Shown here: piece by piece, positions 9,802 to 20,724 of the stretch
Numbering within the stretch: position 1 is the stretch's first letter
Layout: each line of letters starts with the position of its first letter
NCBI GenBank assembly: GCA_028718605.1
Contig: JAQULM010000002.1
Coordinates: 129,776-193,775 of the forward strand
From: Patescibacteria group bacterium
GTDB lineage: Bacteria > Patescibacteriota > Patescibacteriia > UBA10025 > JAHIVO01
DNA length: 64,000 nt
Direction of reading: 5' to 3'
Notes under the pieces: model-generated
Seen by the model: only the letters and a program-made list of their open reading frames with translations
Databases searched by the model: none
Told to the model about the DNA's origin: nothing
Translations under genes and position numbers: made by a program

Positions 9802-10318
9802 GGCATGGATACGGAGGGCAATATGGTTGGTTCATTGATTCTCTGTTTGTTGCCCGCATCCTATCCATGCCTTATCCCGGGCAAATCGTTGCCCGGAACC
9901 AGGCAGTTGGCTGAAACTGCGGCAATCGCTATGAGCTCCCTGGAAGCAATTCCGGGCGCTGCGGTTGGTGCAGTAGCCGACTTTGTCGCATTTCATCGCG
10001 GATCCCTTCGTGGATCCTGGAAAATCCAACCGGCTTATACGACAAAGTGCGAGATGCGGGCGTAACGACCCTTTTACAAACCTCGAGTTATGTATATTAC
10101 TCGAGCCGATGTGAGTTCCCTCATAGGAACATCTTTGGTTAGAAACAACCGCCATGCACACAGTATCCTGCGATACGACAGTGCAAATAAGAGATGTTTC
10201 CTCTCAGGAAAGGTTTCCCTTTGGCAAGGAAAGTTGGGCCGTTACTCTTTCAGTTATTTTCTACTTCAATACGAAGCGCTTCAGGAGGGTCTGTCCTCAC
10301 GCAGACCCTCTCTTTTTT
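9802..10318 (+). ncRNA. Candidate large structured non-coding RNA
   Basis: No credible ORF; many nested stems, a GCAA tetraloop and a possible pseudoknot; bounded by a promoter and a terminator. Confidence 0.5.
10285..10318 (+). terminator. Intrinsic terminator
   Basis: GAGGGTCTG/CAGACCCTC followed by TCTTTTTT. Confidence 0.75.
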
Positions 10319-10505
10319 ATTGACACCATACGTGCACATGCTAGGCTGGCAGTAGCGGTACAGGGCGGGCATCAACAACGTTCACCACCAGGAGGCGTCC
10401 AATCCTGTATCCCGAAAACTAACCTGTGAATCTTTGTACAGGATGCAACCCAAAGGGCGGCACCATTTCCCCGGAGCCGCCCTGGATTATTTTTCACTTT
10501 TATTC

Positions 10506-12263
10506 TTATTGAATAAAGCCGCCTGCCTGGAGTTCCCACAACCGGCGATATACGCCAGCCGTTCGCATCAACGCAGCGTGCGATCCCTGTTCAACGATGC
10601 CTCCTTGGTCAATCACCACAATACGGTCCATCTTCCGAATCGTCGACAAACGGTGGGCGATCGCAATGACGGTCCTGCCTGCTATCAGCCCCTCCAGGGC
10701 GTCCTGGATCATGCGCTCGGATTCAGAATCCAAGCTCGACGTCGCTTCATCCAACACGAGGATCGGGGCACTGCTTAATATCGCCCGAGCTATGGCAACT
10801 CGCTGCCGCTCGCCACTCGAGAGTTTGACGCCGCGCTCACCAACGTACGTCTGGTACCCATCACTTAAGTTGCTGATAAATTCATGGCAGTGCGCACGCT
10901 TCGCTGCTTCGATGACCGCGGCGTCTGACACCGAGGGATTGCTGTAGCGGATATTTTCCAGAATCGAGCGGTGGAACAAAACGGGATCCTGGGGCACGAG
11001 GCTGATCGCCTGCCGCAGGCTCTGCTGGGTAATGTCGTGTATATCCTGGCCATCAACGAGGATTTTTCCGCCATCAATTTCATGTATCCGCAGCAGCAGC
11101 CGTACGAGTGTTGATTTTCCCGCACCCGACGGCCCGACCACCGCAACATGCTCGCGAGGCTTGATATCGAGGTTGAATTTCTTCAGCACCGGCCGCGTCT
11201 GGTTGTAGAAAAAGTCGACGTGCCGGAACGAAATAGCTCCCTCAACAACGCGGAGCGCGGTTGCGCCTGGCCGGTCCTTGATTTCATGGGGCGTTTCAAG
11301 AATCACGGCCATTTCCTCCGCGTCAGCGAGGTGCTCATAAATCTGCCGGATAACTTTTCCAAAATCCCACAAGCGGCTGAAAATATTGATCAGGTACGCC
11401 TGGATCAGTACAAAATCGCCAATGGTCAAGATTCCCCGCTGCCATAGGCGGATTGCGAGGTAAAAAATGCCGATTTCGAGGCCAACCATAAGAACGCCCT
11501 GCAGTGCTTCGAAGACGTTCCCGAGATCCCAGGTGATCCGCCGCAATTTCCGCAAAGCCTCGCTCGCACGGTCGAAACTCCGGGCTTCACGCGGCAGCCC
11601 GTTGAACAATTTCACCGTCCCCTGATTCGCAATCGTATCAGCGAGCAGTCCGGTTGTTTCCGTTTCAGCTGCGCTGCGGCGGAGGTCGTACTTCATCTTA
11701 AACCGCACGAAAAACCCGTTGAGCACCAAAAACAAGATTACCCAGCAGACAATGCCGCTCCCCAGCCAAACGTCACGGCGGAACAGTACGAAAGCGATCA
11801 CCCCGATATTCACGAAGAGGGGCGTTAAATTCCAGAGAATGCGGTCGCTGATGACCTCGTATGAACGCCCGAACCATTTGACCTTCTTCACGAGCGATCC
11901 GACGAAATTGTCGTTGAAAAATCGGAATGAATGCTGGTGAAGGTAAGAGAAACAGGTATTCGCGAGGTCGAGCATGACCTTTGGTTGGAAGTAGCTGGCC
12001 GTAAATGTTGCGACTCGCCAGCATGCCCAGTTGGCCATTTCCAAAACCGCGATCGCCAGCAGTATCGAAATCAGGTGTGGCGCGATATCATCCGGCGCTG
12101 AACTGCCAGTGAGCAGATTGAAAAAATCCTTGAAATACAACGGTACGATTACATTTGCGACGGCAGCGCCAACAATGCCGGCGATGCTGAACAAAACCGG
12201 CATTTTGTATTTCCACGTGGCTTCCCAGTAGAGCGAGATTGTTTTCCGTCGCCCAAATTTCAT
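10506..12263 (-). CDS. ABC exporter, fused permease/ATPase
   Basis: TM domain plus Walker A GPSGAGKS, signature LSSGERQR, Walker B ILVLDEATS. Confidence 0.93.
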   Translation of the reverse strand: MKFGRRKTISLYWEATWKYKMPVLFSIAGIVGAAVANVIVPLYFKDFFNLLTGSSAPDDIAPHLISILLAIAVLEMANWACWRVATFTASYFQPKVMLDLANTCFSYLHQHSFRFFNDNFVGSLVKKVKWFGRSYEVISDRILWNLTPLFVNIGVIAFVLFRRDVWLGSGIVCWVILFLVLNGFFVRFKMKYDLRRSAAETETTGLLADTIANQGTVKLFNGLPREARSFDRASEALRKLRRITWDLGNVFEALQGVLMVGLEIGIFYLAIRLWQRGILTIGDFVLIQAYLINIFSRLWDFGKVIRQIYEHLADAEEMAVILETPHEIKDRPGATALRVVEGAISFRHVDFFYNQTRPVLKKFNLDIKPREHVAVVGPSGAGKSTLVRLLLRIHEIDGGKILVDGQDIHDITQQSLRQAISLVPQDPVLFHRSILENIRYSNPSVSDAAVIEAAKRAHCHEFISNLSDGYQTYVGERGVKLSSGERQRVAIARAILSSAPILVLDEATSSLDSESERMIQDALEGLIAGRTVIAIAHRLSTIRKMDRIVVIDQGGIVEQGSHAALMRTAGVYRRLWELQAGGFIQ

Positions 12264-12376
12264 ACAGATTGATTACGGATGTTCATTGATTTATTATGCG
12301 GCAGCGCTCCGAACGGACAACAAGCGTACCCCTCCCAAACGAAGGGTTCGCCGCGAGTATTGCTGATGCGCAACGC

Positions 12377-14791
12377 TTACCTTCGCTTCTCCAGCTTCAA
12401 AAGATTGATAGTCGTCTTGATAACGCGGTCAGGCGTGACTGAAACGCTGTTAATCCCTTCATTCGCCAGAAATTCCGCGTACCCGGGATGGTCGGACGGC
12501 GCTTGGCCGCAAATGCCGATATCCCGCTTGTTCTTCCGCGCTGCGCGGATGACCTGCGCGATCAGCCGTTTGACCGCAGGGTTCGTCTCGTCACCGACGT
12601 GGGTGAGCGTACCGGCGTCGCGGTCGAGGCCCAGGGTCAGCTGAGTCAGGTCATTGGAACCGATTGAGAAGCCATCAAATATTTTGCTGAATTCGTCGGC
12701 GAGAATGACATTGGACGGAATCTCGCACATCACGTACAGCTGTAAGCCATTAACGTGTTTGCGCAGGCCGTTCTGCGCCATGGCAGCGACGACTTTCTCC
12801 GCTTCCTCCACGGTGCGGCAGAATGGCACCATGACCTTAACGTTCGTCAAACCCATGACATCGCGGACGTACTTGAGCGCCTTGCACTCCATGTCGAATG
12901 CGGGGCGGTAGACCGGGTCATAGTACCGCGATGCGCCGCGCCACCCGAGCATGGGATTGTGCTCCACGGGCTCGAATTCTGCGCCGCCGATCAAACCGGC
13001 GTATTCATTGGTTTTAAAGTCGGATAATCGAACAATGATCTCGCGCGGATAGAACGCAGCGGCGATAGTCGCGATGCCGTACGCAAGCTTGTCAACATAA
13101 TACTGCCGTTTATCCGTATAACCAACAGTCATCTCCTCAATCAGCTTTTTTGCCTTCGGATCTTTCAGTTTGGGATAGTGGACCAACGCTAACGGGTGAA
13201 TTTTAATGTATGAAGTAATGATAAACTCTTCGCGGGCGAGCCCAACGCCGTCATTCGGTATCTGCGACGTTTGGAATGCAAGCTCCGGCGTGCCAAAAAT
13301 CAGTTTGACTTTGGTCTTTTTTGGCCGGCCCATGGCAGCGAGGTTTGTCCGCTTCACCGAGAACGGCAGCTTGCCGGCATACACGTGGCCGACGTCGCCC
13401 TCCGAACAGCTCACGGTGACGTCAATGCCATGCTTGATTTTCCGCGTCGCATTGCTGGTGCCGACGATTGCAGGGATGCCGAGCTCGCGCGATACGATGG
13501 CCGCGTGCGACGTCCGGCCGCCTTCATTCGTCACGATCGCAGACGCAATCTTCATGATCGGCTCCCAATCGGGATCCGTCATGTGGGTCACGAGGACTTC
13601 GCCTTTCTTGAACTTCATGATGCCTTTCACGTCCTTGATGACGTTCGTACGGCCGACACCGATCTTCTGGCCAACGGGCGAACCGGATGTAATAATTTTT
13701 CCCTTCTTCTTGAGCGAATATTCCTCAAGGACTCCCGCGTTCCGCTGGGATACGACCGTCTCGGGACGCGCCTGGACAATGAATAATTCGCCGGTCATGC
13801 CGTCTTTCGCCCATTCAGTATCCATCGGCTTGAAATGCCCCGCTTCCTTGGAGTAATGGTCTTCGATAATAATCGCCCATTTCGCAAGCTGCAGCGCTTC
13901 CGCGTCAGTGATGCAATACCGTTTGCGGTCTGCCTCGGGCGTTGGGATATTTTTCGTCGGGTGGGCGCCGCCGGCGTAAATCATCTTAATGCGCTTGGTG
14001 CCCATGGTCTTCGAAACGATCGGCCTAAACCCCTTGCGGAGCGTTGGTTTGTGGATATAAAACTCATCAGGGCTGACAGCGCCCTGCACGACGTTTTCGC
14101 CGAGGCCGTAGGATCCGTTGATGAGCACCATGTCTTTGTGGCCGGATTCGGTATCGATCGTGAACATGACGCCGGATGCTGCTTTATCAGAACGGACCAT
14201 CTTCTGCACGCCGATCGACAGCCCGATTGAAAAATGGTCAAAATGCTTGTCTTCGCGGTAGGAAATCGCCCGGTCAGTAAACAGCGAGGCGAAACAGCGA
14301 TGGCACGCATCAATGAGCGCCTTTGGCCCGCGGATATTGAGATAGGTTTCTTGCTGGCCAGCGAAGGACGCGTCTGGCAGGTCCTCTGCCGTCGCTGATG
14401 ATCGAACCGCGACATCAACGCCCTTCCCGTACTGTTTCTCCAGTTTATGGTAATTCTTTATGATAAGCTCTTCTAAATCTTTGGGGAATGGCGCGGACAA
14501 AACGAGCTTCCGCACTTTCTTCCCGCGTTCCTGCAGGTTACGCAGGTTGTGGGTGTTGAGATCCGAGAGGATCCGCTTAACCTCATTGCGAATCCCAGCT
14601 TTCTTAAGCAAATAAAAATACGCTGTTGCTGTTATCGCAAACCCATTCGGCACCTTTACTCCATGCCGAGTGAGATTCTGATACATTTCGCCCAATGAAG
14701 CGTTCTTGCCTCCAACCAGCGGAACGTCCTTGATGCCAAGCTCCGAAAACCATAGGATAAGCGCTCGTTTTCTCGATTGTGCATTCGCCAT
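12377..14791 (-). CDS. ppsA: Phosphoenolpyruvate synthase
   Basis: VGGKNASLGEM, SFAGQQETYLN, GGRTSHAAIVSRELG, FSIGSNDLTQL. Confidence 0.97.
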   Translation of the reverse strand: MANAQSRKRALILWFSELGIKDVPLVGGKNASLGEMYQNLTRHGVKVPNGFAITATAYFYLLKKAGIRNEVKRILSDLNTHNLRNLQERGKKVRKLVLSAPFPKDLEELIIKNYHKLEKQYGKGVDVAVRSSATAEDLPDASFAGQQETYLNIRGPKALIDACHRCFASLFTDRAISYREDKHFDHFSIGLSIGVQKMVRSDKAASGVMFTIDTESGHKDMVLINGSYGLGENVVQGAVSPDEFYIHKPTLRKGFRPIVSKTMGTKRIKMIYAGGAHPTKNIPTPEADRKRYCITDAEALQLAKWAIIIEDHYSKEAGHFKPMDTEWAKDGMTGELFIVQARPETVVSQRNAGVLEEYSLKKKGKIITSGSPVGQKIGVGRTNVIKDVKGIMKFKKGEVLVTHMTDPDWEPIMKIASAIVTNEGGRTSHAAIVSRELGIPAIVGTSNATRKIKHGIDVTVSCSEGDVGHVYAGKLPFSVKRTNLAAMGRPKKTKVKLIFGTPELAFQTSQIPNDGVGLAREEFIITSYIKIHPLALVHYPKLKDPKAKKLIEEMTVGYTDKRQYYVDKLAYGIATIAAAFYPREIIVRLSDFKTNEYAGLIGGAEFEPVEHNPMLGWRGASRYYDPVYRPAFDMECKALKYVRDVMGLTNVKVMVPFCRTVEEAEKVVAAMAQNGLRKHVNGLQLYVMCEIPSNVILADEFSKIFDGFSIGSNDLTQLTLGLDRDAGTLTHVGDETNPAVKRLIAQVIRAARKNKRDIGICGQAPSDHPGYAEFLANEGINSVSVTPDRVIKTTINLLKLEKRR

Positions 14792-14904
14792 ACAAAAAAT
14801 ATGTTACTGATCTTTTCGCATTTTACATATTGAAGTATACCACAAAAAGCCCGGAATCACGAATCCCGGGCCTTTCGCGTTGTATTGAAAAATTTCGGAA
14901 CCGA

Positions 14905-15219
14905 TTATACGTGAATTTTTTCTGCAATATCGCCGATGACCGGGATTTTGTATCGCTCGCCTGAGAGCGCCTTGATAAAACCGATAATCATGAGCACGAC
15001 GACGACAAACCACACGACCCAGCCGATCACCGGGATAACCCCGATGAACGACGCAATGAACAGAATGAGCCCCTGCTTGGCGTGAAATTTTACGAACTCA
15101 TCCTCCTTCTTGATAATAAGCATGACTATGCTGAGGATCCAAACATACGAGAGTGCCGCCATCAGGTTGCTGTCTCCGGTGGCAGCCGGTTTTACTGGGT
15201 TATTCTTTTGTTCTTCCAT
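14905..15219 (-). CDS. DUF4870-like small membrane protein
   Basis: AALSY...FVKFHAKQG...KIPVIG; SD AAGGAGG before MEEQK. Confidence 0.8.
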   Translation of the reverse strand: MEEQKNNPVKPAATGDSNLMAALSYVWILSIVMLIIKKEDEFVKFHAKQGLILFIASFIGVIPVIGWVVWFVVVVLMIIGFIKALSGERYKIPVIGDIAEKIHV

Positions 15220-15685
15220 ACATGACACCTCCTTTCGCATCACTGCGATTTCGCTTAGTAGTTAATGTTTGATATATAAGATACGTACCAAAGGTGATGG
15301 CAATCCCGATGCATCCTGTGATGAACGGCCGCCTGATGATATTGAGGAGATACACAAGTTCACGGTACCACGCGAGGTCAAAAATTACCAAGAGGAGGCC
15401 GGCGATACATGAAACATAGATTGCCGCCGCAATTGCCGTCGACAGGCGCACCTGGTATCGCTTGAGGAGCCACCCAGTCATCAGAACAAAGGCAATTGCA
15501 TCTGCAATCCACGGGCCGTATGGCAAAAAAAGATCATAGACGACCGCACCAATTTCTAACAAGATGAGAAGCACTATAATAATGCGTGTCGCCCGCCAAT
15601 AGAAGAGAAGGCTCTTGCCGGCGATGGATGCATCATCAGCCGGTCCTGTCGCCGCGAATGCATTGTGGACTGCCAGCTCATCCAT
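15200..15685 (-). CDS. Hypothetical membrane protein
   Basis: Four hydrophobic segments; start uncertain. Confidence 0.6.
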   Translation of the reverse strand: MDELAVHNAFAATGPADDASIAGKSLLFYWRATRIIIVLLILLEIGAVVYDLFLPYGPWIADAIAFVLMTGWLLKRYQVRLSTAIAAAIYVSCIAGLLLVIFDLAWYRELVYLLNIIRRPFITGCIGIAITFGTYLIYQTLTTKRNRSDAKGGVMYGRTKE

Positions 15686-15751
15686 ACGTACTGTGATAAA
15701 CTCCTCTGTTTCCCTATAAGTATACTGAAAATCAACGGGAATAGCAACAAA

Positions 15752-15781
15752 CAAAAATCCCGATGTTCATCGGGATTTTTG
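15752..15781. terminator. Terminator downstream of groEL
   Basis: CAAAAATCCCGATG/CATCGGGATTTTTG inverted repeat. Confidence 0.7.
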
Positions 15782-15976
15782 CTGTATATCGAATGTGTAC
15801 ACAACGAAACTGATTATCGTCGAACCTGCATAGTATCGTGGGTTGCGGTTTTGCCGGCCGTACCGATATCATTTTATAGCCGAATAACACAAACGTTAAA
15901 CGATACGAGCTGCCTAAACTCAAACGCAAACCTTCCATCATTTTCCCCAATCGCTCCTCTACCTCTTCTTGCCTTT

Positions 15977-17653
<1,677 letters not shown>

Positions 17654-17932
17654 TTACTTTTCAACTTTTGCTAACACGTCTTCTTCCTTCAACACTTTGT
17701 ACTCGACATCGTCAACGGTGACCTCTTCGCCTGAGTACTTCCCGAAAATGACGATGTCCGCTTTCTTCAGGCCGAGCTTCTTGATCTTTTCTCCTTCTCC
17801 GACGGCAATAACCTCGCCTTCCTCTTTCTTTTCTTTTTCAACGGTATCGGGTAACACAATACCGGCCTTGGTAACCTCTTCGTCGGTTACCGGCTTGACG
17901 ATGACTCTGTCTCCCAATGGGACTAGTTTCAT
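17654..17932 (-). CDS. groS: Co-chaperonin GroES
   Basis: PLGDRV, GIVLPDT, KYSGEEV. Confidence 0.97.
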   Translation of the reverse strand: MKLVPLGDRVIVKPVTDEEVTKAGIVLPDTVEKEKKEEGEVIAVGEGEKIKKLGLKKADIVIFGKYSGEEVTVDDVEYKVLKEEDVLAKVEK

Positions 17933-17969
17933 AGTATTTGCTCCTTACTTAGTTATTTTTGGCTTGAAA

Positions 17970-17996
17970 TTAGCACTCATTAATCAAGAGTGCTAA
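17970..17996. promoter_or_regulatory. CIRCE element (HrcA operator)
   Basis: Perfect TTAGCACTC-N9-GAGTGCTAA upstream of groES. Confidence 0.95.
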
Positions 17997-18008
17997 TCAG
18001 TAGTTTCC

Positions 18009-18037
18009 ATTGTATAGAATGCAAAAACCAGTGTCAA
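18009..18037 (-). promoter_or_regulatory. groESL sigma70 promoter
   Basis: TTGACA-17 nt-TACAAT on the minus strand. Confidence 0.8.
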
Positions 18038-18046
18038 GGCGTGCAA

Positions 18047-19381
18047 TTACTTCAAGTTATCCACAAAAAACTCCTCATACCGCTTTGCCCAGAGCCCGAG
18101 AATGAGCCAGAAAAATAATACGCCGAATGAGAGGCTCCAGAGATAATGGTCGACGGCCCCGAGCGCGAGGAGGACCACAAACGCAAGGCTGTATGCCGAA
18201 AACCAGCTGACCATCATGAATTTTTTCCGGTGTTCCCAAAATGCCATGGAGCACACCGTTCCGCACAGGACGACAAACGCCAATCCGCCGAACACGCCCG
18301 TCTCAGCAGTAATGAGAAGGTATATCGAATGCACCGGCTGGTAGTCCCACACGTTCCTGCCAGGCATGCGTTGCTGGGTGGCGGCTGTATAGCTGCCGAT
18401 CCCAACGCCCTGGTACCATGAATCCTCGATGACCTCAGCCGCTTCCCGGTATGAAGACAGCCGCTCGGTGTTTGATTTCACCTCGAGCCTGCCACCCTCG
18501 ACACGCGTCTGCCATACATCCGGCAGCAGGAGGACGCTGAACGCTGTCACGAGCACGATCCAGAATAAAACCGGTGTCAAAATTTTTACGCGGTAGGTGT
18601 CGCGATGCACGAGCGCAACGAAGAACAGCACGAGACAGGCACACCACCACGCGATGATCGCTGCTCGGGAAAACGTCAGTATCAACCCATAATACAAAAT
18701 GACAAGCGAGGTTACAGCACACAGGATACCGGCGATATTCTGCGACCGGTTGCGGTACGCACGGAACAGGTACGCGACAACAATGAGCAGGCATATGACG
18801 AGCAGCGCAGCGAGCATGTTTGGATGCGGCAAACCGCCGTACGCCCGCAGAAATCGGCCTGATGCTGTTTCAACAACGAAATCCCCCAGCACATCCGGAC
18901 TATGGCTCGCGATGCCCAAAATCGTGCTTGCCTCGATGCGCTGGGAGAAAAACTGGTAAATTCCTAACACTGCCTGGATCACGCCCGCTGCCACGAACGC
19001 AGCGCCGATTCGTTCCCAGCGGAACCGGACGCGGATGCACGTCCAAAAAAGCACGATTCCCTCCAGGAGCTTCGCAGCCGCATACCACGACGCGTCAGCA
19101 TTTTTTGACCAAAAAATCGAGCTGAACGCGATTGCGAACAGCACAACGATTACCGCCCGAATCTGGTGCAGCGGCTTATACGCGGCAACTTTAGGGGCGC
19201 TCAGGCTCAGGAGCGCGACGACGATGAGAATAATATCAGCGAGGTACAAACTGCATGTTCCGTACTCCCAGTGCCCGCCAGCGAGGAACCCCTGATGCCA
19301 GATCCAGCGGGTTTGCCACGGGAGGAAAAATACGAAAAGGTATATTCCGTATTCGGCGCATTTTTCAAAAATTTTTTTCAT
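18047..19381 (-). CDS. O-antigen ligase family membrane protein
   Basis: RAYGGLPHPN, TFSRAA, GVGIGSY, PVHSIYLLITAETG. Confidence 0.88.
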   Translation of the reverse strand: MKKIFEKCAEYGIYLFVFFLPWQTRWIWHQGFLAGGHWEYGTCSLYLADIILIVVALLSLSAPKVAAYKPLHQIRAVIVVLFAIAFSSIFWSKNADASWYAAAKLLEGIVLFWTCIRVRFRWERIGAAFVAAGVIQAVLGIYQFFSQRIEASTILGIASHSPDVLGDFVVETASGRFLRAYGGLPHPNMLAALLVICLLIVVAYLFRAYRNRSQNIAGILCAVTSLVILYYGLILTFSRAAIIAWWCACLVLFFVALVHRDTYRVKILTPVLFWIVLVTAFSVLLLPDVWQTRVEGGRLEVKSNTERLSSYREAAEVIEDSWYQGVGIGSYTAATQQRMPGRNVWDYQPVHSIYLLITAETGVFGGLAFVVLCGTVCSMAFWEHRKKFMMVSWFSAYSLAFVVLLALGAVDHYLWSLSFGVLFFWLILGLWAKRYEEFFVDNLK

Positions 19382-20304
19382 AGGATTCGGGCAGCGCGCT
19401 TGCGCCATTCCGCTAAGTAGACAGAACGACGGTCGTTGTCATGGAACTTAAGCATCCGGTCGGTGACGATCACGCGGGAATCTTTATTCGCAACATCCCG
19501 CAACCGCGCCGGCATAATCCGCAACTGGTACTTCTTGAAAATCGACTCGGGCACCAGGGCGCATAGTGCCTGCGTGAACTGCTGCAACCAGCGAACCGGC
19601 TGCACCGTACGGCGCGGTGTGGGTGCCACGGTAATCCAATGCGGAATCGTTTTCCACACCCAATTGTTTGCCGCGACGAAACGATCGTACGCACCATCAT
19701 CGTACACCGGTACAACCTGCGCGGTCCAATACGGCAAATAGATGTCGTCGCGAAGCTGCAGCTGCTCGATACTGAGCGCATCGTCAGACAGAAAAAAAGA
19801 AGCGCAGAACGTGTCACGGGTTCGTCCGGGCCGCGGCCGAACATTCAACAGACGCAGCAATCCGACGACCCAGAAACGTGACTGCCATATGCGGCCGTGC
19901 CGGGTAATGATGAACAGGTCGATGTCCGCGTCGGGGCGGCTGTTATTGAACGCGAGCGTGTTGCACACGCCGACCATGCGGACGAACGGGACAAACCGCA
20001 AAAGTTTCAGCATACGGACTGTCCGGCTGAATTTCTGTTCAGCAAACCGGTACCGATCCATCCGCTGATGGACGATGCCATCTCTGCCGGTGAGAAAATA
20101 AAAACCATACTTCGCGCTGACCGCGCCGCGCAGCGGAGCACTCGTTTCGAGAAGGGCAACGATATCAACAAGGGTTACAGCTGCAAGATCGCGGTTTTCA
20201 GCGCCGGTATACAGCCACTTCCACAGCTCAAAAGACGTCAATGGATAATCGAAAATATCGAAGTAGCACAGCGTCTTGAGTATTGCTTGTTCGAGGGCAT
20301 CCAT
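19378..20304 (-). CDS. Nucleotidyltransferase-like conserved hypothetical protein
   Basis: TLCYFDIFDYPLT N-terminus; DADIDLFII acidic motif. Confidence 0.7.
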   Translation of the reverse strand: MDALEQAILKTLCYFDIFDYPLTSFELWKWLYTGAENRDLAAVTLVDIVALLETSAPLRGAVSAKYGFYFLTGRDGIVHQRMDRYRFAEQKFSRTVRMLKLLRFVPFVRMVGVCNTLAFNNSRPDADIDLFIITRHGRIWQSRFWVVGLLRLLNVRPRPGRTRDTFCASFFLSDDALSIEQLQLRDDIYLPYWTAQVVPVYDDGAYDRFVAANNWVWKTIPHWITVAPTPRRTVQPVRWLQQFTQALCALVPESIFKKYQLRIMPARLRDVANKDSRVIVTDRMLKFHDNDRRSVYLAEWRKRAARIL

Positions 20305-20383
20305 ACGCTATAGTATACCGTGTTCTGCTGGTTACGGAAACTGACGCATTCAAAACAAATCCCGGTTATCACCGTAACCGGGA

Positions 20384-20587
20384 TCATTTCTTGCCCCCAA
20401 CGAGCATCTCGCCAATTAAGAACCAGATAAATACCCAGACGGCAACGAGCACTGACGCAGCCACTGAGCTGAACGCGCGCTGCAACCACGGTCCGTCGCC
20501 GAAAATCATTCCGGCCGAACCGTAAACGGCGAGGCAGAACACGAGCACCCAGACGCCCGTCCGACGAATACTCCGGACTGACATGAT
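20384..20587 (-). CDS. Small two-TM hypothetical protein
   Basis: SD AAGGGAGG before MSVRSIRR; two hydrophobic helices. Confidence 0.55.
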   Translation of the reverse strand: MMSVRSIRRTGVWVLVFCLAVYGSAGMIFGDGPWLQRAFSSVAASVLVAVWVFIWFLIGEMLVGGKK

Positions 20588-20724
20588 TTCCTCCCTTGGT
20601 TTCTGGCAAATGACATTCACTAATTCAAATGATGGTACTCCAAAACAGGACGCTTGTCAAGGTATGGCATGCCGTTGCTCAAATAATCCCAATTCAATTC
20701 CAAACAGAAAGAAGGGGTGGCCCC

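Noticed and set aside
9940-10045. RNase P RNA, because of CGGCTTAT at 10031-10038 and TCCGGGC upstream
   Set aside because: The invariant GAGGAAAGTCC is absent, the spacing is too short, and the helix order does not fit P1-P4
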